Source of the DNA: Acanthaster planci
Lineage: Eukaryota
NCBI RefSeq assembly: GCF_001949145.1
Contig: NW_019091355.1
Coordinates: 2,834,646 to 2,898,645, forward strand
Reading direction: 5' to 3'
DNA length: 64,000 nt
In this document: positions 55,186 through 64,000 of the stretch, piece by piece
How positions within the stretch are numbered: position 1 is the stretch's first letter
Layout: each line of letters starts with the position of its first letter
Position numbers and translations under genes: made by a program
The notes under the pieces: generated by a model
Database searches by the model: none
Told to the model about the DNA's origin: nothing
The model's input: the letters and a program-made list of their open reading frames with translations, nothing else

Positions 55186-58100
55186 ATGAAAGTGAAGGAG
55201 ATCAACCGGACTGCCAACATGGCCTGGAGTCCGGCCGAGCAGTACCCAGTCTACGTAGCTGCAGGGACGGCAGCCCAGCAGCTGGACGCCACGTTCAGCA
55301 CCAGTGCCGCCCTGGAGATCTACGCTCTGGACCTGACAGACCCCTCAGTGGACATGCAGCTTAAGTCCACACTCAGCACAGAGCACAGGTACAAAAAGTG
55401 TGCGTGAATTATGGAGCTCCGTTTGCCTCAGTCCTTCCAACTCCAACAGCCATTCCCCCTGATATGTTGGGCCTATGCGAGTGATAGCTTGGAGCAATGT
55501 TGATGACTTGAAGTGTAATCTAGGCTTAAATTTACGCATGCCCAGACACAAGCATCACGGGGTCTAACCACAACGTTGAGACACAGCAGCCTTCAAAATC
55601 ACCAATTGCCACACAGCCTCAATCCTCCAAAATCTCCTTTCATCACCTGAAGGATTTGGGGGCAATGTGGAGGTTCAGCGGCAACGAAAAGACAGTGAAT
55701 TGGTTAGAGATTACGCCGATTCTTGTGTGGCTGCAGGAATTAATGTGAAAGAATGAAACTGGTTAGCATTTGTTTTTATAGTTTAATCACTGTAACCTTT
55801 CATCGTCGTCTTACAGTGTCTAACTGTCCATTGCCCCTTGCGTAGGTTTCACAAGGTCGTCTGGGGCAAGTACGGCATGAGTAACGACACCAGGCCAAAT
55901 GGCGTGATAGTCGGTGGGACAGACAACGGTATGATCCATCTCTACGATGCAGCCAAGCTGCTGGAGAACACAAACGCTTCCATAACACAGATCGAGAAGG
56001 TGAGGCCAAAATTCAACTTGTCATTTCCGATGGTCCAAATATGTTACAGTTTTTGCATATTTACCATTAAATGCACTAAAGTATAAACAGAGTGCACACA
56101 AAATAAAAAGTGATCCTTAAAAACCCTCCTATGCTGAAGTCACTCTTTGGGTCACNNNNNNNNNNNNNNNNNNNNNNNNNNNNNNNNNNNNNNNNNNNNN
56201 NNNNNNNNNNNNNNNNNNNNNNNNNNNNNNNNNNNNNNNNNNNNNNNNNNNNNNNNNNNNNNCCAAATGCAGTGAAGAGGACTGCACAAAAGACCCTGTT
56301 TCACTTTGTGCTGGCAGCCAACTGTGTACACACTGAACCTGTCCACGTTTGTGTTCCATACAGAAAAACACATGCAAGAGAGTGACTGTGGGCACTCGTG
56401 CATATTTGTGCTGTAAAACCAAAGGAAGGTTAACTTTTTTTGTGAGTAATAAATGTACATTCCAGTGTTGGACATACTGTGACAGTGTGTCACTGTGAAG
56501 CAAAAACGCAGACAGGCAGACTTGGAAGCCCTCTGTGGTCTTGTACCTAAACGCAGACACACCTGTCAATCTCCACCTTGTGCAAAGTTATCATTCGGGG
56601 AATCAAATGTCACTTTACTGTCCTATGCCCTTAGTACTCTTTTTGCTTGCTCAAGTACTCTCAATATTTTTTCGGAAGAGTCGCATGGCCTTCACCGCGA
56701 TGCATTTACTCCCCACACAGCATGCCGGCGCCGTGAAAGCGCTGGACCTCAACCCATTCCAGGCCAACCTGCTGGCGTCGGGAGCCAGCGAGTCTGAGAT
56801 ATACATCTGGGATCTCAATAACCTGGCCACGCCCATGACCCCCGGAGCCAAATCCATGGTAAAATTGCATTATCTTTTCTACGCTACATGCACTGTTAAG
56901 AGACCCATGCAGTGTTTCCAGGGTTGAACTTGGTCACAAATCTTCCTGCATCCCACAGAATTCTTCTTTGCATAGCTTAGTTTTTTTTTTCTGGAGGATT
57001 GAGGTTTGAAAGTCTGGTGCACTGTTGTTGCACAGTGCCGTCAACAGCAGTTGAATAAACTGCCCATGTTGAGGCAACTGCTCATGTAGAGACAAGAGCT
57101 GGTCCCCTGAAGCAAAGCCACTGTTGGATCTGGTGGTGACTGGCAGACACAGACTCATCGACTGTTTGGCTTTGGGGACGAGCTACACCAATGCATCTCG
57201 CATTGTTTCTGGCCAAAAATATTTGTTAGGTTAAGGGTCAAGGGACAGATTAACAGTCCCACTGCGCGGCCTCAGGACCCCCACATTGAAACATACAGGT
57301 AATTTATCCAATGGGTGGACCTTGTGTCAAGTTTCTTCAAGCCACTTACTCTATACTCTTGCGTTCGCAACAGCCACTGGATGAAATCAGTTGTCTGGCC
57401 TGGAATCGGCAAGTCCAGCACATCCTGGCATCCACCAACCCAGGAGGGCGCTGCGTGGTGTGGGACCTGCGCAAGAACGAGCCGATCATCAAAGTCACAG
57501 ACCACAGTGCACGGGTAAGATTTCATTGTCTCACTCAGTCTGCTCAGGAACGGTGCCGTGCAGTTCAAGAAGTTCAACTCCTTTCTTTGTTTTCCACAGT
57601 AAGATGGACTTATTTGTGAATTAGCTGATTTCTCGGAACAACGAAAACCGACAGATTTAACTTTTATGCATTTTGGTATTTTTCTCATGACTAACTTCCC
57701 TTCTGATGAATCCAAATTCTTTGTAATGTTTGTAGTGAAGCACAAAGAAAAGGTTGCGTGTGTTTCTTTGGAAGTTGTTGAGTGTAAAGAGCATTGGTTC
57801 TATAATGGGCCATTTGCAATTCATGAAACATTGAAGCGCTGATTTTAGGATTTTGTGAAAGCAAAACTTAGTGTGTCTTTTTGTTTTATTGTGCATGCGA
57901 TAGATTCAATGCAAAGCTGTAGCCTGGCATCCAGAGGTGGCAACCCAGATGGCGTTAGCCTCAGAGGACGACCATTCACCCGTGGTCCAGATATGGGATC
58001 TGAGGTTTGCTACGTCCCCACTGAAAGTCCTGGAAAACCACCAAAGGTACATGAATATTCATTTTTCTTTGCGAAACCGAGTATTACGCGAAAGTGCCCC

Positions 58101-61100
58101 TTTCATTCTAGTCCGTAGAAACCTGTATGGAGTGAAATAAAGCGGGTTTAGTTTCATAGCTGTAGACATTCTTTCATGGGAAACTCATAGAAGGCAAGTA
58201 GGAACTCTACCTGTGAACTCCAATCATGTCAATGCTTTGAGGGGTTTGAACCTTGATCTTCAGAGCGCAAGGGTAGGGAAGTACTATCCTTAAAATCTGA
58301 CATTAGTTATCTTAGAATAGTTTGTTGTTACATTGCTCAACAAATTGTTTTGTCTGAAGTAAATTTGCAAGTACCCATTGTGTTGCAGAATAAAACCTCA
58401 TGTAATTTATGGTTGTATGTTCAAGAAAATTCCAAAGTAAGATTTGAAGCTTCGCGTGGTGGAGGCTGGACTGAAAGGAAGTTTGCGGGTACACCATAGT
58501 GAATCAATCCGTTCTAGAGGCGTGGTGGTTCTGAAAAGAACCAGTGAGTGGAATCTGGACATTTCGACCAGGATGCTGTGTCATTCTCCAGCTGGTTCTG
58601 TAATTGATTTTACTTGGCTGTTGCTTTTCCTAGGGGAGTGCTGTCTATTGCCTGGTGCCCACAGGACCCCGACCTGCTCCTCAGCTGCGCCAAGGACAAC
58701 CGCATCCTCTGCTGGAACCCCAACAGCTCAGTGCAGGGCGGGGAGGTGGTCTACGAGTTGCCCACCTCCTCCCAGTGGAGCTTCGACGTCCAGTGGTGCC
58801 CCCGCAACCCGGCCGTCATCGCCAGCTCGTCCTTCGATGGCCACGTGACTTTCTACTCCCTGATGGGCGGGCAGCGGGGGGACCAGCAGCTACAGCAGCG
58901 CCAAGCAGACAAGGTGAGCGAATCATTTATTACCCAGTGCAGCGGTTGCCTTGTGTCATGTTTACCAGTGAGCCATGTTTACCAGAAACAATTCCATCGC
59001 AGGCCGTCCAACCTTGAAACAAGTCACAAGCTCCTCAAGTGAACTATGGCTGAAGCATTGCTTTATTGTGACGAATCCTGTTACTTGTGATGGGTCGTGT
59101 GAAAGGACTCATAACTGGACTTGTGAAGAAAGGACTTGTGACAGACTCTCCAACATCACTTTTAAATGTTAAAAGTGTGACGGATGAACCACATTAACAA
59201 TTTTCGTTTTAGTTCTGTTACTTTTTTCTTTGGATCTTTTCAGATTGCCTCGTCTTTTCCAGGCACGGCCGGCTTTGGCCAGCAATCACCCCAACAAACT
59301 CAGCCTTCGGCCGAGCCCACGGTCCTCAAAAAACCTCCCAAGTGGCTGCGTAGACCAGTAGGAGCAACCTTTGGGGTAAGTTGCTGCTGAAACTTTACGG
59401 GCTTTTGGCTGAGAAATGATGAACTCGGCGACTTAATAGCCTGTTGTTTCGCCGTCTCCAAGGAAGCCTTTCTTTTTTTTCACAGAGTGGTTTGATTAAT
59501 CCAAGCAGAAATAAAAGACATGGATTATCATAAGTATGTGTCGGTCTTTGTGAGGTTCATCAAGTTTATCGAATACCTTGTCGGTTGAGGTCATCTTCAG
59601 GTGTGTGGTTGCTGTATAGGATCGAGCTAAGACCTGAGTGCTGCCAAAGTTACTCAAAATCAATAGCACTGCTTGTTGACAATATGCCCAATTTCTTACT
59701 TGTAAGCCATTTTGCCTGGAAGGTCTTACAACGTACATTTTTCAAAAGAACCTATGTCATCTGTAAGTTCTGTAAGCTTTTTTCGTGAAAAACTTAACGA
59801 ACCTGTCTCATCCACAGTTCGGTGGCAAGCTGGTGTCCTTCCAGTCGACCAAGCAGCAGCCCACCAACCAGGTGCACATCAGCCAGGTGGTCACGGAAAC
59901 GGAATTGGTGAATCGCTCCAACGCACTGGAAGAGGCCCTGGCCAAGGGGAACTTTCTGGAGTTCTGCAGCGCCAAGATCTCCCAGTCCAAGGCCGCGATG
60001 GAATCTCAGATATGGAAATTCCTGAAGGTAGGTCCGTTCTCATTCAGTAGAGGCCTTGCATGGTAGCCGTCTTACAGGGCAGTTCTTTTGTTCTACAGAG
60101 AAACCTCCTTTGTGCATACTCCGTGGAACAAAAGCACTGGTCTGCAAGATGGCAGCTATGCAAACCCTCTATAGCTCTTCGTTCACTTTTAGTGGCCATG
60201 GTAAATTCCTGGGTTCTATTATGACTGACTTTTCATGTTTTGTGTGTTGTCTCTTTTAACATCTTATTTATCAGGAAAGGATGCGGAGGATGAAGCGAAG
60301 TTTGCTGTGTGCCTTCAAGTTCATAGATCAAATCACTTTAAGGCCAACCTACAGGGCACATACCTAATTACGTACACTGCTGTTGCATGTATCATGGTTT
60401 GGGTTAATACTCAGACATTGCATTTTGTAGGTGGCAGGGGCATTGTCACGTCTATTTACCGACAGCTCTGTCGCAGTCTTCTGCGGTTTACCTGCCGTGC
60501 CTTTAACCCCTTCGCACCGGGAACCGTTGACAGCCGCGGCTTTGTGTGGGGATTAGTGCATACCACACATACAGTCTATTCACCATGCAGCTGCTGGTTC
60601 AATGGGGCCTGCTGATGGACAAAGCCCTCCATTCAGGGCATACCACAGCCCAGCAATCACAGTCAAAAGAATTCCCGACGCGAAGGGGTCAATCCAGACA
60701 ATAATTCTGGTCCTGAATGTGCACCCCAAGCTATTAATCACAAGATGACTGTACCGTTCATTGACTAGCTTTGCAGACCTAGCTATTTTCCAAGCTGTCA
60801 TACTGACTGCCTTATGACTTGTTGGTAGTTGTGCTTAACAGATGAGTAGTGCGGTGTTTAAACCATTATACTGGTTATCCATAGCAGATAAGTCATGTTT
60901 GGACAGTAAGTAAAATTTGGATCTCAGGTAATCGTGCTACGAACACCCTTCTCATAGGCGTGTGTTTTCCCTCTAAGGTCAATTTTGAGAAGGACCCCAG
61001 GCCGCACTTTGTGTCGCTCCTGGGGTTCGACTCCAAGGAGCTCCTGCGCAAGGTCGCCACAGCGACCGGTGCCCCTCCGGGACTGACCAACGGCATGCCG

Positions 61101-63547
61101 GGTGCCGTGAACGCGGAGGAGCTGGCCGAGAGGATGCAGAACCTGGACGGGGGCTTGTCAGGGTCAGAGGCCAGCGGCACAGGGTCACCAGCTGTGGGGT
61201 CAAAGGTCAGTTGTTCTTCACGCTTCAATCTAGATAGTGAATGGTACCTCTCGATATGTTTATGTCCACAGCAAAGTCATTCATGCGTGAGATTTCAAAT
61301 GTACCGTTGATCTTCAAAACTCCCATTTTATTAATGTTCATTAAGTTAGAGTCATTACTGATAGAAGGACGCACAATGTTTGTGTACTTTTTTCTTCAGG
61401 GCTTCAGAAAAAAAAACGGAAGTTGTGAATTTGCTAACTTGACAGACACATCAACCCTTACCCTCCAAGTATTGTTACATATATCTTAACCCAAGCTGCA
61501 GAGTTGATTCAGGGTCACTCCAAGTCACCCAAAAGAATGAGAATTCTACGTATTTTAAAACAACCATAAGAATATTGACCTTAGTATGTAAGTTTGTGGG
61601 TTTAAAATCAACTTTGGTTACATTTGCTTCTCCCGTTCCAATTTCACCACGAATCTAAACAGAGCCCAAGCGATACCCTAGGGGACTCTGATGGTGCAGC
61701 TGCCTTCGATGCGATAGCTGCAGGGGGGCCAGTGGAAGTCGAGAACCAGCCGGAGGTAGAGGTCAGGTCGTCCTCCCCCTTCACCATCTCCAGGAAAGAC
61801 GGTAAACTCAGAACAACCATCACAAAACTTCAAACCACTTTTTGGGACATCTTTTTTTTTTGGTGTTAAAACCAAGGTCATTTATCCAGATCCATTGGAA
61901 ATTTCCATGTTTTTTAAGGGTTGAACATTTCAACGTAAAAGAGATTTCTTGATTCATGACGTTAGGGTAACGAGGTCATAGGTTTGGTGATTTTGCACTC
62001 CAAGTTCTTTCTAGGCAGGCAACACTCACACTGAGAGTTTTAAAACTTTTGCGTATCGGTCACAAAGTTACCCTTACTCCTTTGTTCTTTCAAACAGACA
62101 TAGATGGCCTAATCAGCCAGGCTGTCCTGACAGGCAACTTTGAGGCGGCCGTGGAGATGTGCCTCCACAACGACCGGTTGGCGGACGCCATCCTGTTGGC
62201 CATAAGCGGCGGGCCGGAGCTCCTCAGCAAGACGCAGCGCAGGTACTTCAAGAAGGTCAAGTGCAACATATCACGGGTGAGGAGCAAAAGAACGGATTGA
62301 CAGAAGTAACCTAGCCAGAAGTAGTAATCTGTAGCGCTAGGTCCTTCGGGCTCAGAGGGTTACATAGTATTTTGCAGTAGTGAGTACTCTAAGCCAAACA
62401 ACGCCCGGTACTGTTTGGGTTAATCGTAGTGTGATTGTGCGCCTTCCATCGTGTTTCAGACAGTGTCAGTCTGACAGAGTTAGGACTTGATGAATCTTAA
62501 AATGTTCTTTTGATTATTTGTCTTGCTTTATCACTGAACATGAAGGGAAATGGGTCGCTGCTAACTGCTTCTTGGATGCAGATGAGAGAACGCATGGGGA
62601 GTTGCAGAAATGAGGGGTCCAGAAGTGTGACATTTTCGTGTCCCTGTTACGTCTGACCTTTGTTATCTGACCGGGAAATATCACCGGAATTGATTTCAAA
62701 GTATTACTATTTGTTTGGCAGGTAATTTGCATTAATTCAGCAGTCGTGGAAATTAGAAAATGTGTTCTGAACTTACAAAATCCATTTTTCAGATGTGACA
62801 GGGACTCACTCAAAAGATGGACCCCTAATTTCTGGAATTCCCCACATACAAATCATGAAAGCTGAAACCACCTGTTACATCATGAGAGTTTCTCTGTCTT
62901 CCAGCTCATATCGGCGGTAGTCACCAAAGATCTCTCGGACATTGTCGAATGTTGCGATCTGTCCAACTGGAAGGAGACCCTCACAGCCTTACTGACCTAC
63001 GCATCAGTTAGTGAATTCACAACATTATGTGGTGAGTTTCTGTTGACTTTGATGTCGATTACATTAAGGTCTGGATAGGGCAAAAGTCGTACAGGTCAAG
63101 TTAGTTGACCCCAGCTCCGTAAGCCTCTTTACTGGGATGTTATTTCCATCGTGAAAATCTTCAAGCGGCCTCCGTGTAAAACTCTGACATAGCCTTGGTT
63201 TGTAATACCCTTAATTGTTTCTTGAATGTGTTCCTTGGAAGGGTGGCCAATGCCTCAATCCTTCAAAATCTTCCAGTAATCACTGTCGGTGTGTTGAGAT
63301 ACGTTGAAATTTGGGCCTGCATGTCGAGGGTGGTGGGGTTTTCTGGATCGAAGATTTTGACCGGTATATGCGTGTTGTCCATCTGTCTGTTGTCCCAGAT
63401 GCCCTTGCCAGCCGGCTTGAGTCAGATGAGTCCGGGGACCTGTCTGCCGAAGCCTGCCTCTGCTACATCTGCTCAGGAAACGTGGACAAGCTGGTGGCCT
63501 GCTGGGCCAAGATGACGCACAGTGCAAACACCCCACTACAGCTGCAG
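55186..63547 (+). CDS. SEC31A: COPII outer coat protein Sec31, first 13 coding exons; continues beyond the window
   Basis: Exons 55186-55388, 55846-55999, 56721-56858, 57374-57514, 57904-58046, 58634-58913, 59244-59375, 59818-60027, 60978-61205, 61663-61801, 62098-62276, 62905-63031, 63399-63547. [16 protein letters not shown]...[16 protein letters not shown]40 repeats, [51 protein letters not shown] probable 5'UTR exon ends at a donor near 53480. Confidence 0.97.
56156..56262. other. Assembly gap (107 N) inside a SEC31 intron
   Basis: N run; the flanking exons join in frame, so no coding exon appears to be missing. Confidence 0.98.
62596..62843 (-). mobile_element. MITE with about 26-bp TIRs in a SEC31 intron
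   Basis: Ends ggggagttgcagaaatgaggggtcca and tggacccctaatttctggaattcccc are inverted matches; second copy at 1-195. Confidence 0.8.
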
Positions 63548-64000
63548 GTAACCAGTCACATTTCTGTTACCCAAGAGTGTGGCATTAATTGAACTGGGGG
63601 CTGGCAAGTTTGACAGTTGCCAAGCTGCACAAGCAGTTGATTTATCAAAAATTTCGAGCTTCCTGTCTGACCTTTAAAAAAAATTTCAAATGTAAGAAAT
63701 GGTCGTTTCAGTGATCAAATGAAAGCTCACTCCTCGTCATTTGCATGACAAGATTGATTGCGCTGAACAAAACAGTTGACTCCAAGTTTATGAAAAGTGG
63801 ACATAATGTTCTTGTGAGATGCCATTTTTTCTGAGACGGGTCAAATAGAAATATTAATTTCTCTCATTGACTCTCTCAAGGCATGTTATCGGCATGTCAG
63901 GCTGTGAACTACAAATGACCGAAACGACAAAACCCTATGTTGGATTGAATGAAAAGTTCACAGATGTTCACAGACTCATAAGGAATGGCTTTTCTTACAT

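Overview
This is eukaryotic, intron-rich genomic DNA from an animal, probably a marine invertebrate; the species cannot be identified from the sequence. I reconstructed six spliced genes by hand, all with GT-AG boundaries and consistent intron phases: renalase (-), AP1AR/gadkin (+, two candidate last exons), CFAP96/C4orf47 (-), LRRC20 (-), a giant class C GPCR (-) and the 5' part of SEC31 (+). The standout is the GPCR. Its 22 coding exons encode about 2318 aa: signal peptide, FOUR tandem Venus-flytrap domains joined by mini cysteine knuckles, a Thr-rich stalk in place of the cysteine-rich domain, and a divergent 7TM. Only the third flytrap keeps the full amino-acid-binding signature. The gene is bracketed by inverted copies of a MITE plus a 62-bp conserved block, and a decayed inverted genomic duplicate of its 3' end lies about 8 kb away. 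The window also holds many MITEs, tRNA-derived SINEs, one nested insertion, a 32-bp minisatellite and two assembly gaps. Family assignments rest on recalled motifs, not database searches.
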